This document shows, in pieces, positions 29,067 through 39,498 of a stretch of 60,136 nucleotides of DNA (position 1 is the first letter of the stretch; each line of letters begins with the position of its first letter). Under the pieces are notes generated by a model that made no database searches, had not been told where the DNA came from, and was given only the letters and a program-made list of their open reading frames with translations. Made by a program: the position numbers and the translations under genes. Where the stretch lies: sequence record SRR20825006_617; one strand, written 5' to 3'.

Positions 29067-29905
29067 CAGCGGAGAGACGCGAGTCGGCAACGACTCTGGT
29101 CGAATTTGGATTATCGATCACTCACGCCTGTAAGCTGGTCGGTCTGGGGCGGGCGAGCTACTACCGCAAGCCCCGGGACTGGCGTGTAGCGGATGCTGCT
29201 GTCATTGATGCGCTGAACGAGCAACTCAAGAAGTCACCGAGGGCAGGCTTCTGGAAGTGCTACAAGCGCATTAGGAACAAAGGCCTGCCTTTCAACCACA
29301 AGCGTGTCTACCGCGTATATTGCCAGATGGGCCTGAATTTGCGCAGGCGCACGAAGCGAGTATTGCCCAAGCGTATCGCCAAACCGCTGGAGGTCAGCAT
29401 GTATCCGAACAAGCAGTGGGCATTGGATTTTATGCACGACACGCTTTATTGCGGCAAGCGCTTCCGTACGCTGAATATCATCGATGAGGGCACTCGCGAG
29501 TGTCTCGCCATCGAAGTGGATACCAGCCTCCCGGCAGGACGTGTAGTGCGGACGCTGGAGCGCCTTGAGCAAGAGCGTGGGCTGCCAAACCAGATCAGGG
29601 TGGATAACGGGCCAGAGCTGATCGCAGCGGAGTTCTATGACTGGTGTGAAGAGAAAGGCATTGAGGTCGCCTACATCCAGCCTGGCAAACCGCAACAGAA
29701 CGGCTTCGTCGAGCGATTTAACGGGTCGTTCCGTTATGAGTTCCTGGACGCCTATCTGTTCGAGAGTCTGGGCCAGGTTCGGGAAATGGCCTGGCTGTGG
29801 ATGCTGGATTACAACGACGAGCGTCCGCATGAAAGTTTGGGTGACATACCGCCAGCGGTGTATCGCCAGAAAGTGGAAAACTCTAGTTTAGGACTGCCTC
29901 ACTAA
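29060..29905 (+). CDS. IS3 transposase OrfB (DDE), expressed via -1 frameshift
   Basis: WALDF, VDNGPEL, GKPQQNGFVERFN. Confidence 0.92.
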   Translation: MVTAERRESATTLVEFGLSITHACKLVGLGRASYYRKPRDWRVADAAVIDALNEQLKKSPRAGFWKCYKRIRNKGLPFNHKRVYRVYCQMGLNLRRRTKRVLPKRIAKPLEVSMYPNKQWALDFMHDTLYCGKRFRTLNIIDEGTRECLAIEVDTSLPAGRVVRTLERLEQERGLPNQIRVDNGPELIAAEFYDWCEEKGIEVAYIQPGKPQQNGFVERFNGSFRYEFLDAYLFESLGQVREMAWLWMLDYNDERPHESLGDIPPAVYRQKVENSSLGLPH

Positions 29906-30106
29906 AGGGGGAGTGGACAGCCGGTCGAGTTTGCCCTGGTCATCATCTGTTGATGGGGGGGCGGATTTGGTCAGGAGTTCAGATAAAGTTTGATTATTCC
30001 TGACCAAAATTTTTCGTCTTATTGTAAATGCAATCAGTTTACATTTTAATTTTCGCTGAGCGATGGAATCAGTTATTGAAAGCCAACTTTTAAAATTGAC
30101 TCGCGA

Positions 30107-32434
30107 TTAACCACCGTGCGATATTTTCTGGAACATATAGCCGTGGAGCGTATCTGACATCAGTGGCAGGTAGGATACCATCAATAGAGCGGTCAGCATC
30201 ACGGCAATAGGCAGAAGATACTTCTCGTGGCGACGGTAAAAGCTGCCTCCGTGAACTTTGGCGGATTCCACTTCCTCGTCGCCGACCACCTGTCTTGTTA
30301 ATAAGTGGTTAAGTGCCACCGGTGGTGACAAGTAGCCCAGTTCGAAGGCCGCTAGAGTGATCATCCAGAAGTGCAGGGGCTCAATTCCATTGGCGAACGC
30401 CACAGGAGCTATCGTGGCGTTCACCAGTAACACCGCGCCCATCGGATCCATGGTCATGCCAATGATTACCATAGTGATCACCAATATAGTCATTGCAACC
30501 CAGATATTGGCAAAAGTTTCAGGTAAGTTTTCCATCATCCCAGAACGTTCTACGATGCCACCAAGGCTTACCGACATGCCCATCAAAATCAACAAGGCAC
30601 CGATATGTCCGGTGGTTTCATTGGTGGCAAAACGCAGTGAAGACTCTAGCTTCTCTCCTGTGCGTGGTTCAGGCTGGTGGTGAGGTTTTGCCGAGGGTTT
30701 TTTTACTAGATGCTGCAGAATCAGGCTGACACTAAGTAACATATTGCGCCAGAAAAGCTCCCAGAACAGGCTGTTAAGTTCATTTTTTGAAGTGCCAGTA
30801 GGAATGTTGCCGCTATTCAGGGCCTCCTGCATACCAGCCATATTGTAAGAGGAGTAGAGAATGAGGGGGACTAGCGTCAACGAGAAGACGTGTAGAGATT
30901 TTACGCTAAGTTTCTCGTAACACAGAATCGACAGCATCATTACAGGCAAAATGATGGGGGCGTAGATTTCGTTTAACTCCGCACCCAGAATATCTCGGAA
31001 AAATACTACCACCGTGCCCATGATGATTATATAGGGAAGCAGTGGGACCAGGCGTTTAAGACTGGCGGGTACTGCTTCAGATAAGGGTGCAATACGGGCG
31101 GGTGATGTGCGTACAAACTGGCTGTAAACGAAGAACAAGAACAAAGACAAAGAGAAAACCTTCAAGCCTGAGGAAAACATCTCATCTGTCGTCACTGCGT
31201 TATTCAATGCGGCAATAATCACTACCAGAAGACAAGGTCGAAGAACGACGCCGAGAGAGCCAGACATAGCAGTGGCTGCCAGAGCTAACTGCTTGCGGGC
31301 TCCGGCGCGAATCAGCTCATGGTAAACGGTGGCGCCAGCTGCGATTACAAAAATACCTGAAGCGCCGGTGAACGCTGTCGGGATTGCGGTAATTGCTAGC
31401 ACGACAAAACACATGAGCTCTGGAGACATTTTCCAGGGTCGCAGTACATCAAATACCAGGTGGGCGAGTTTGGTTTGACGTAACATCATGCCTATCCAGA
31501 TATACAGCGCGAGGCTCAAAAACAGTGTGGAAAGCTCCATGAGCATACCTAGGTATACACTTATTCCGTGATAGTAACCTTGTTGGGCGAACTGGATACC
31601 TGCGGAAATACACATGATGCTGTACAGCGGAATGGTCAGCAGCGATTTCCCCCAAGAGCCGACATCGCTTAGATCTTTCGGCGGACGGAGCAACTGGTAG
31701 AACGCTGCCAGGCTGAGAATACTAAATCCTGCAATCCAGAACTGATGAAGATAGAAGTGATCAACGTTGACTCCATCTGCCACTGCGGATAATTCTGCAC
31801 TGCGATAAACCCATGCTGACGCCAATAGCATCAGGTTTGCACTTAGCTGACCAACAGTTGAGACCAAATGATCCTTGCGCGTTTGAGCAGGCCGAAGTGC
31901 GATGTGGTGTCGGGAGAATGTAGCTGTTGCTGCACAGATTATGATAAGTAGGCAGAGTAAAAGGCGCTTGTAACCCCCAAGGGTGGTGACCAGATGGGCG
32001 ACCCCTGTTTCCAGGTTGCGGAAGGCAATCACTCCAGGAGTGGCGTTCTCTTGAACCATCCTGTAGTCGCTCCATTTATTGCGACAAATGGAGCGGGATG
32101 ACTCCAGCGATTGACGTATCGCTCCTTCGTTCACCTCTGATCCCAAAATTCCGGCTAATGGATCGGCCGCCATTCGTGCTTTCTTCTCGGTGATGGCCTT
32201 CTGGATCTCCTGTTCAATGTTAGGATCTGAATTACAGGTGGGGGCGCCGACAAGTCCCGCTGTTCGCAGCTTGAAGTAACCTTCCCATGTGCTCTCACCA
32301 ATCTTGAGTAACTGGGAATGAATCACTTCGCCAGAGGCTAGAAAAATAGTGAGCAATAGCAGGATTATGGTTGGCAAGGAGGAAAGCCATTCTCCCGCAG
32401 ATCGCTGTGCCATGCTCAAACTGGCAATATTCAT
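30107..32434 (-). CDS. TRAP transporter large permease (DctM-type, N-terminally extended)
   Basis: Many TM helices; AFTGASG, ATAMSGSLGVVLRP, GMTMDPMGA, FELGYLSPPV. Confidence 0.85.
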   Translation of the reverse strand: MNIASLSMAQRSAGEWLSSLPTIILLLLTIFLASGEVIHSQLLKIGESTWEGYFKLRTAGLVGAPTCNSDPNIEQEIQKAITEKKARMAADPLAGILGSEVNEGAIRQSLESSRSICRNKWSDYRMVQENATPGVIAFRNLETGVAHLVTTLGGYKRLLLCLLIIICAATATFSRHHIALRPAQTRKDHLVSTVGQLSANLMLLASAWVYRSAELSAVADGVNVDHFYLHQFWIAGFSILSLAAFYQLLRPPKDLSDVGSWGKSLLTIPLYSIMCISAGIQFAQQGYYHGISVYLGMLMELSTLFLSLALYIWIGMMLRQTKLAHLVFDVLRPWKMSPELMCFVVLAITAIPTAFTGASGIFVIAAGATVYHELIRAGARKQLALAATAMSGSLGVVLRPCLLVVIIAALNNAVTTDEMFSSGLKVFSLSLFLFFVYSQFVRTSPARIAPLSEAVPASLKRLVPLLPYIIIMGTVVVFFRDILGAELNEIYAPIILPVMMLSILCYEKLSVKSLHVFSLTLVPLILYSSYNMAGMQEALNSGNIPTGTSKNELNSLFWELFWRNMLLSVSLILQHLVKKPSAKPHHQPEPRTGEKLESSLRFATNETTGHIGALLILMGMSVSLGGIVERSGMMENLPETFANIWVAMTILVITMVIIGMTMDPMGAVLLVNATIAPVAFANGIEPLHFWMITLAAFELGYLSPPVALNHLLTRQVVGDEEVESAKVHGGSFYRRHEKYLLPIAVMLTALLMVSYLPLMSDTLHGYMFQKISHGG

Positions 32435-32662
32435 CGGTACTTCCTTGCTCTATAAATTTATCGGTTACAAACGACAGGGTCGAACCGAATGTTTAAGGGA
32501 ATTCTGAATATTTCGTAAAATGTGGTGATTCTCACTTCTTGGCTTTTGATCGGCCCATAGCGCTGATATTTAGCGCATCTTTCATGGTCGAATCACTACT
32601 TCGAAAGTTATAAGCATGAAACTTACGTGGTTTTGCCGCTTTGTAGGTTTGTTCTGGTTGAC

Positions 32663-32682
32663 ATTTGGTCAGTTGACCAAAT
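32663..32682. promoter_or_regulatory. 20-bp palindromic operator, copy 1
   Basis: ATTTGGTCAGTTGACCAAAT with perfect 9-bp arms, about 50 bp upstream of ATG 32732. Confidence 0.7.
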
Positions 32683-32731
32683 AACATCGAAGGATGTCAA
32701 CCTAAAGACAACCTGTTTCATTGGAGGAATT

Positions 32732-33601
32732 ATGACTTCTTTGCCAATCCAGCCACGTAAAGTTGCTTTTGATGTCTCATCAGTGCCGCGGCACTGGAAT
32801 GGCGGTGATCCCGTGCTGACCCGCTTTTTTGACGCCCTCTCGGTACATTTCCCGGAGGGAGAGCGCTTCTTTATCCAGTCAGTGCGTAACTTCAAGGATC
32901 AGGTGACAGATGATCAGCTGATCGAGGACATTCGTCACTTTATTCGCCAGGAAGGTCAGCACGGCATTGTCCATGATCGTTTCAACGATGTGATGGCCAG
33001 CCAGGGCGTGGATGTAGATAAGGTCACTACGAATTTAAGGACGTTTATTCGCACCACACAAAAGTACTTGCCGAAGAAGTATCAGCTCGCCATGACTGCG
33101 GCGTTTGAGCACTTTACGGCAACCTTGGGCGAAACAATGGTCAGCGAGAAAAGCGACATGTTCCGCGAGGCCGACCCGGTAATGAGGGCTCTATTTCTTT
33201 GGCACGGGGTTGAAGAAGTAGAGCACAAGGCTGTGGCCTATGATCTTTATCAGGGAGCGGCTGGGGGGGGCTACCTGACTCGTGCCTCGGCGCTGGTGGT
33301 TGCGACACTGATGGTTCATTTGGTCGTGGCACCGGTATTCTGGAATATGCTCAAGCTTGATGGTGTCACGCGCCAGCCCGGTGTGATTCTGAAGGGTTTG
33401 AACAAACTTTATGGGCGAAAAGGTATTCTCACAGGAATGTTGCCTGATTTTCTTGCCTGGTTTCGTCCCGGGTTTCACCCTTGGGACACCGGTATGCCTG
33501 AGAAGGTTGCCGCCTGGTTGGCAGAGTATGAGGCTCATGGTGATCCAATGCAGGCATCGGAGACCATTTATGGTCCGGATCCTGTGAGAGAGGCAGCCTG
33601 A
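32732..33601 (+). CDS. 'Metal-dependent hydrolase' family protein (PF10118-like), paralogue 1
   Basis: FPEGERFF, QEGQH, FEHFTA, WHGVEEVEHKAVAYD, FHPWD; RBS GGAGG. Confidence 0.85.
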   Translation: MTSLPIQPRKVAFDVSSVPRHWNGGDPVLTRFFDALSVHFPEGERFFIQSVRNFKDQVTDDQLIEDIRHFIRQEGQHGIVHDRFNDVMASQGVDVDKVTTNLRTFIRTTQKYLPKKYQLAMTAAFEHFTATLGETMVSEKSDMFREADPVMRALFLWHGVEEVEHKAVAYDLYQGAAGGGYLTRASALVVATLMVHLVVAPVFWNMLKLDGVTRQPGVILKGLNKLYGRKGILTGMLPDFLAWFRPGFHPWDTGMPEKVAAWLAEYEAHGDPMQASETIYGPDPVREAA

Positions 33602-34602
33602 TGCAGACCAACGATCAGGGTAACCCCGGTGCCTTTGATTTTCGGCACACTCATAGGCCCGGACGCCACTGTGGAAGTTCAGCTATCAGGGATCTTCTGG
33701 AGTTTCATGGGCTTAATTTAACTGAAGCTTTCTGCTTCGGTCTCGGTGCCGGGCTTGGTATTACTTATGTGGAAATACCAGGCACGGACACCCCGTTTAT
33801 TGTCCATGTCCGTTCAATGGGATTTGAGGAAACGGTGTTCTCTACACTGGGCGTGCCGTTTCGCTGGGAAACTTGGCAAGATAAATGTGCTGCCGCCGAT
33901 GCGCTGGATGCCCATCTTGATGCGGGGCGGCCTGCGCTTCTCTTAACTGATATTTTTTACCTTCCTTATTTCAAGAGCAGTACACATTTCCCCGGTCACG
34001 CCATCGTCGCCTGGCAGCGAGCCGAGAAGGGCGAGACGATGCTCGTTAGCGATACCGAGCGCCCAGGGCTTTTAGAGGTGCCTCGTGACAAGTTGGTTGA
34101 AGCCAGATTCTCCTTGTCGCCACCCTTTATCCATCATGGTTCATTGTTCGCACCCGAAAGTGTTTCGGTTCAGGTGTCTGCCGAGAACGTGCGCAGTGCG
34201 ATTGTGAAGAATGCAGATAATCTCCTGCAAGGAAGCAGGAATCACGGTATTCAAGCGCTAACAACTTGGATCCAGGAACTTCCTCGCTGGAAGGCAGTGG
34301 ATAAATGGCAATGGTTGCTCCGTTTCGCCTATCAAGTGATCGAGAAGCGTGGAACGGGGGGCAGCGGCTTTAGAGCGATGTATTCAGAATTTCTCGATGA
34401 AGCGAGTGAAATTGTTCCTGAAATACATGAGGCAGGCTTGGTCGAGTTGATGCGAACGAGTGCTGCGGCATGGTCCGCTCTGGCTGATTGTCTGCGAAAG
34501 GGGTCCGAAAGTGAAACATTCCCTGAAGAGGCAATAACGGACGCCATTGAATCTGTGCGTGTTGCAGAGACCCGGTATGCGGATGCCGCTTCAACATTCT
34601 GA
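33601..34602 (+). CDS. BtrH-N/DUF4872 family protein (papain-like Cys-His acyltransferase/hydrolase)
   Basis: GRHCGSSAIRDLL, FGLGAGL, DIFYLPY...HFPGHAIV, IEKRGTGGSGFRAMY. Confidence 0.75.
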   Translation: MQTNDQGNPGAFDFRHTHRPGRHCGSSAIRDLLEFHGLNLTEAFCFGLGAGLGITYVEIPGTDTPFIVHVRSMGFEETVFSTLGVPFRWETWQDKCAAADALDAHLDAGRPALLLTDIFYLPYFKSSTHFPGHAIVAWQRAEKGETMLVSDTERPGLLEVPRDKLVEARFSLSPPFIHHGSLFAPESVSVQVSAENVRSAIVKNADNLLQGSRNHGIQALTTWIQELPRWKAVDKWQWLLRFAYQVIEKRGTGGSGFRAMYSEFLDEASEIVPEIHEAGLVELMRTSAAAWSALADCLRKGSESETFPEEAITDAIESVRVAETRYADAASTF

Positions 34603-34618
34603 TAAAAAGTTGCTAACT

Positions 34619-35557
34619 ATGACAGCTGAGACATCACTCCCGAGAGAACTGCTTGCCGCAAAGGCTTTTTTTGGTTCAGGGCATCCGTTGTTCAGGGTTT
34701 TTGGTATCGCAATGGATGACATTACCAAAGATGGCGCGGTAATGAGCATGCCTTGTGTGGAAGAGGTTTGTGATCAACAGGGAAAGCTTCATCGGGGAGC
34801 CATCGCTACCTTGCTTGATACGGCATGTGGTTTGGCGATTTTTGTGCGCCTCGGCGACATGCGCCCAATTGCGACAATTGACTTGCGCGTTGATTTCATC
34901 GCTAACCCCGAGGCTGGCGAAGGGGTGGCATGTAATGTCACCTGTTTTGCAGTTGAAGAAAATATTGCCTATGTCCGTGGAGAGGCATTTGGGCGTGATG
35001 GCGGCAATTTGCTGGCGTCGGTATCAGGCAGTTTTGCGATAGGAACGGCAGGCCCGTCCTTTGATCAATCTGTGAATCCTAGCAATAAGAGAGCCCCCTC
35101 CAAGAAAAAAACAATCGATGATGAAGGAATCATCAGCTTCGAAACAGAAAGGGTAACCGCTCTCTCTACTGTGGTCGGCGATGTATCACCATACGAAAAA
35201 TTTCTTGGTATGACGGCTTCGGACGATAACGGCGAAGCAACCTATAAAATGCCGTTTCGCGAGCAGCACATTGGCAACCCTCTGATCAAGACTTTTCATG
35301 GCGGTATTATCGCAAGCTTCGCGGAGCTTGTTGCTGGCGCGCACTTAACAGCGAATCAGACTGAACAAAATAAGCCAGTATGTTCAAGTATGACTCTGGA
35401 TTATTTGCGCCCGGCCTTTGCGGGTACGTTGGTGGCCAAGCCGAACATTATTCGTGAAGGAAAGCGCTTCATTGTGGTTGTTGTGGATGTGTTTCTTGAT
35501 GGCGCCCAGGTTTCCCGAGGTCGCTTCATTTATAAGAGAGCCTTCGCTTCCAGCTAA
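34619..35557 (+). CDS. Tandem PaaI hot-dog thioesterase
   Basis: Two hot-dog units: LHRGAIATLLD...ATIDLRVDF and FHGGIIAS...MTLDYLRP. Confidence 0.8.
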   Translation: MTAETSLPRELLAAKAFFGSGHPLFRVFGIAMDDITKDGAVMSMPCVEEVCDQQGKLHRGAIATLLDTACGLAIFVRLGDMRPIATIDLRVDFIANPEAGEGVACNVTCFAVEENIAYVRGEAFGRDGGNLLASVSGSFAIGTAGPSFDQSVNPSNKRAPSKKKTIDDEGIISFETERVTALSTVVGDVSPYEKFLGMTASDDNGEATYKMPFREQHIGNPLIKTFHGGIIASFAELVAGAHLTANQTEQNKPVCSSMTLDYLRPAFAGTLVAKPNIIREGKRFIVVVVDVFLDGAQVSRGRFIYKRAFASS

Positions 35558-35615
35558 TCCAATCTATAAACAACCCTCCCCCCTTCCTTTTCTGCCTCAA
35601 TAGAGGAGTTCTGTT

Positions 35616-37166
35616 ATGTATATTTCACAGACTTTGCGCCGTGCGGTTCAATTAAACGGCCAAGGTACGGCTACCGTTTTTGCTGGTCGGCGGCAAACCT
35701 GGCGAGAGTTTGAAGACCGTATCGCATGCCTTGCTAACGGGTTGCTAAGTCTGGGCATCAATGCGGGTGACAGGGTTGCCATACTGGCATTAAACAGCGA
35801 TCGCTACCTGGAGTATTTCTATGCAGTGCCGTGGGCCGGTGCGGCAGTGAATCCCGTCAATATTCGGCTCGCACCACCTGAAATCGCCTATACCTTGAAT
35901 GACTCAGGTTCTAAAGTGCTTTTCGTTGATGACACCTTTGCAGCATTGCTGCCATCCCTACAGCCACAGCTTGAGTCTATCAAGCATGTTGTCTTCATGG
36001 GTGAGGGTGAGTGTCCACAAGGGTGTATTGATTATGAATCCCTTGTCGCCAACGCCGGTCGAATCCGTGACGCCAATGCTGGCGGTGACGATCTGGCGGG
36101 GCTGTTTTATACCGGTGGTACCACTGGGCGGTCAAAAGGCGTGATGCTGAGTCATGACAACCTGGTATTCAATGCCCTGAACGTGGTTGCCGAGATGGGC
36201 TATGACAGTGACACCATATATATGCATGCCGGGCCCATGTTCCACTTGGCTGATATGGCCAGCACGTTTGCCGTGACACTGGCTGCGGGGACACATGGCA
36301 TTGTTCCTCGCTTTGATGTTGATGAAGTGCTGGCTTTCATTGAGCAGGAGAAAGTCACGAACACCCTGTTGGTGCCGACCATGGTCAATCTTCTAGCCTC
36401 ATCTGGGCGCATCGCCAATTACGATGTCAGCAGCATAAAACGCATGCTGTATGGCGCCTCGCCAATGCCAGAGGCGGTATTGATTAGTGCTATGGAACAA
36501 ATGCCGACAGTGTCATTTGCTCAGGGCTATGGCCAGACCGAAGCCTCCCCAATCATTACCTCACTCGGGCCAGAACATCACATTCCCGGCGGAGAAAAAT
36601 TACGTAGCGCCGGTCGCGCAGCACTGGGTGTGGAGGTGGTGGTGCTTGATGAAAATGATCAGGTGGTATCTCAAGGTACGGTTGGCGAAATATGTGCGCG
36701 GGGACCAAACGTCATGTTGGGTTACTGGGGAATGGAATCAACAACCGCTGATACCTTGCGCAATGGTTGGCTACATACCGGCGACCTTGGCTACATGGAC
36801 GAGGATGGATTTGTCTTCATCGTTGATCGAGCCAAGGACATGGTAATTAGCGGTGGAGAAAATATTTTCTCTGTTGAAGTTGAAGGTGCCATTTATAGCC
36901 ATCCTGAGGTACAGGAGTGCGCGGTAATTGGTATTCCCGATGAACGCTGGGGTGAAGCTGTGCATGCAATCGTGGTGCTGCGTGAAGGAGAGCACGCCAG
37001 TGAGGCAGAGATTATCGAACATTGCCGTGAAAGAATTGCAGGTTACAAAGTGCCTCGTAGCGTTGATTTTAAGGCAGAGTCGTTGCCGGTGAGTGGGGCA
37101 GGTAAGGTGCTGAAAAACGAACTGCGAGCCCCCTTTTGGGAGAGCAACGGTAAACAGGTTAATTGA
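35616..37166 (+). CDS. Long-chain fatty-acid--CoA ligase
   Basis: YTGGTTGRSKG, GYGQTE, WLHTGD, DRAKDMVISGGENI, GKVLK. Confidence 0.92.
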   Translation: MYISQTLRRAVQLNGQGTATVFAGRRQTWREFEDRIACLANGLLSLGINAGDRVAILALNSDRYLEYFYAVPWAGAAVNPVNIRLAPPEIAYTLNDSGSKVLFVDDTFAALLPSLQPQLESIKHVVFMGEGECPQGCIDYESLVANAGRIRDANAGGDDLAGLFYTGGTTGRSKGVMLSHDNLVFNALNVVAEMGYDSDTIYMHAGPMFHLADMASTFAVTLAAGTHGIVPRFDVDEVLAFIEQEKVTNTLLVPTMVNLLASSGRIANYDVSSIKRMLYGASPMPEAVLISAMEQMPTVSFAQGYGQTEASPIITSLGPEHHIPGGEKLRSAGRAALGVEVVVLDENDQVVSQGTVGEICARGPNVMLGYWGMESTTADTLRNGWLHTGDLGYMDEDGFVFIVDRAKDMVISGGENIFSVEVEGAIYSHPEVQECAVIGIPDERWGEAVHAIVVLREGEHASEAEIIEHCRERIAGYKVPRSVDFKAESLPVSGAGKVLKNELRAPFWESNGKQVN

Positions 37167-37213
37167 GTAATCGATGACCTTGTATTGCGAAATTTATTGG
37201 CTTGGAGGCTTCC

Positions 37214-38374
37214 ATGAATCTGGATTTCAGTAATGACGAAAAAGAATTTCGTAAGAGTATCCGGCAGTGGATGAAGGAAAATGTGCCTGATGATATTCGG
37301 CGCTGTACTGCCCGAGGAGCGATGCCAGACAAGAATATGCAGCAACGATGGGAGCGTTTGCTGGGCAGTCAAGGTTGGCTCACGTCTACTTGGCCAGAAC
37401 AATTTGGTGGCCCAGGGTGGAGTGCAACCCAGCGGTATATTTTCGATCAGGAACGCGCCTCGGCAGGGGCTCCGCCAACAAGTCCTTTTGGTGTGGCCAT
37501 GGTTGGGCCGGTGTTATATACCTTTGGTTCTGAAGCACAGAAGGAACGGTGGTTGCCCGGCATTCAGCGTGGCGAAACGCTATGGTGCCAAGGTTATTCT
37601 GAGCCCAATGCGGGCTCAGATCTGGCCTCGTTAAAAACGCGAGCCACGCGTAATGGCGACCATTATTTGGTTAATGGTCAAAAAATCTGGACGACACAGG
37701 CCCATTGGGCAGACATGATGTTTTGCTTGGTGCGAACGGATAGCACCGTGAAACAGCAGCAGGGTATTTCATTCCTGCTGATCGATATGAAAACCCCCGG
37801 GCTTGAAGTACGGCCGATTTATTCAATTGATGGGCATCATCACCTTAACGAAGTCTATTTTACCGACGTGAAAGTGCCTGTGGAAAATTTGGTGGGTCAA
37901 GAAGGAATGGGGTGGACCATTGCCAAGTTTCTTCTTACCCACGAACGCACCACCATTGCCGGTGTGGCGGATATTCACTACGAAATCAATCGCCTTAAAA
38001 GTGCTATCGATGCGCTACCAACGGAAACAGATAAGCAGTTGGCGGTGCGTCGGTTGGCTGGCTTGGAAGTCGATCTTATGGCACTGGAATACACCAACTT
38101 TCGCACCGTTGCTGCCACAGATGAAGGCAAGCCGTTCGGCCCAGAATCGTCAGGACTGAAAATCAAAGGCACGGAACTACAGCAAAGGGTTTCCCAAGCG
38201 ATGGTGGAAATCGGAGGTTTGATGTCTTTGCCATGGGATAACGAGGAGCCCATTGGGGAGCAAATTTTTAATCAGGCCAGTCGCCGCTATAACTTCCTGC
38301 GTGCGTGCACCATCTATGGTGGATCTAACGAGATCCAGAAAAACGTGTTGGCGAAGATGTTGCTCGGATTGTGA
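37214..38374 (+). CDS. Acyl-CoA dehydrogenase, PimC-like large subunit
   Basis: WCQGYSEPNAGSDLASL, NGQKIWTT, TIYGGSNEIQKN. Confidence 0.88.
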   Translation: MNLDFSNDEKEFRKSIRQWMKENVPDDIRRCTARGAMPDKNMQQRWERLLGSQGWLTSTWPEQFGGPGWSATQRYIFDQERASAGAPPTSPFGVAMVGPVLYTFGSEAQKERWLPGIQRGETLWCQGYSEPNAGSDLASLKTRATRNGDHYLVNGQKIWTTQAHWADMMFCLVRTDSTVKQQQGISFLLIDMKTPGLEVRPIYSIDGHHHLNEVYFTDVKVPVENLVGQEGMGWTIAKFLLTHERTTIAGVADIHYEINRLKSAIDALPTETDKQLAVRRLAGLEVDLMALEYTNFRTVAATDEGKPFGPESSGLKIKGTELQQRVSQAMVEIGGLMSLPWDNEEPIGEQIFNQASRRYNFLRACTIYGGSNEIQKNVLAKMLLGL

Positions 38375-38382
38375 GGTGAAAA

Positions 38383-39498
38383 ATGGATTTCAAGTTACCC
38401 GAAAATACCACCATGATTGCGGATACCGCGCGCCGTTATCTTAAAGACAACTATTCATTTGACAGCTACATTGCACAGTTGAATGAGAGTAATCACCTTG
38501 AAGCGAATCGCTGGCAGGCCATGAATGATTTGGGTTGGTTTGGCCTTCCGTTTGCTGAATCTGTTGGAGGGTATGGCGGCTCATTGCTTGACGTGTGCGC
38601 CATTGTTCAGGAGTTAGGAGCCGCGCTTTGTCTTGACCCTTTTGTCGATTTAATTGTTTCCCCCGGCAAGTTATTGGAGTTCGCCAATACGCCAACATCC
38701 TTGGCGTTGCTTGATCGCATTATTTCTGGTGAGGCACGTGTGGCTTGCGGTCTTTATGACCGGCATGCCGGTTATCACGTGCTGAACCCTTCCTTGAGGC
38801 TAAACGGAGAACGACTTTCCGGGCAGAAGCACGTTGTGTCTGATGGTGGCGTTGCAGACGCCGTGCTCGTCTCCGCTATGTCTGGTGATGAGTTGGCCAT
38901 TGTCGCGCTACCTTTCGACGCCTGTGACGTTGAAAGATATCGACTGCTCGATGGAAGCCGTGCTGCCAGTTTGACGCTTGATGATGTGCTCATCACAGAC
39001 GAAATGGTTTTGTGTCGTGGTGATGCGGCAAAGCAAGCGGTTTCTGCCTGGTTCGATTATCTGTGCGCATTGGACTGCGCACGTATGTACGGCGCCTGCC
39101 GAGAGGTGTATCAGGCCACTCTGGAATACGCTCGAACGCGTAAACAGTTTGGTACAACGATTGGCAGTTTTCAGGTAATCCAGCACTACCTTGTTGATGC
39201 GTTTATTGATCTCCAGCAGCTGGAATCCATGCTCTTGATGGTGTCAGTAAAAGGAGAGAGCGCAAACGTCTGTGAGCGCGGGCGCGCGACAGCGGCGGCA
39301 AAGGCTTACTACGCAAACCGGGCCGTTGGTATCACTCAGCAAGGTATCCAGATCCATGGTGGCGTTGGTGTTACGGAAGAGCTGAACATTGGCCATTACT
39401 TCCGTCTGGTGACACATGCATCATTGAGTCATGGCGACCGAGAGCACCACATGTCACGGTTTATTCAGGCGGGGGAGAAGCAAAATGAAGTCGTTTGA
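38383..39498 (+). CDS. Acyl-CoA dehydrogenase, PimD-like small subunit
   Basis: YARTRKQFG...IGSFQVIQH, QIHGGVGVTEE; lacks the SEP..GSD motif. Confidence 0.82.
   Translation: MDFKLPENTTMIADTARRYLKDNYSFDSYIAQLNESNHLEANRWQAMNDLGWFGLPFAESVGGYGGSLLDVCAIVQELGAALCLDPFVDLIVSPGKLLEFANTPTSLALLDRIISGEARVACGLYDRHAGYHVLNPSLRLNGERLSGQKHVVSDGGVADAVLVSAMSGDELAIVALPFDACDVERYRLLDGSRAASLTLDDVLITDEMVLCRGDAAKQAVSAWFDYLCALDCARMYGACREVYQATLEYARTRKQFGTTIGSFQVIQHYLVDAFIDLQQLESMLLMVSVKGESANVCERGRATAAAKAYYANRAVGITQQGIQIHGGVGVTEELNIGHYFRLVTHASLSHGDREHHMSRFIQAGEKQNEVV

Larger units (their letters stand above)
28726..29919 (+). mobile_element. Complete IS3-family insertion sequence (IS407-like), 1194 bp, 4-bp target duplication GCCG
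   Basis: Both ends read TGTCCACTCCCCCT inwards; GCCG at 28722-28725 and 29920-29923. Confidence 0.93.
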
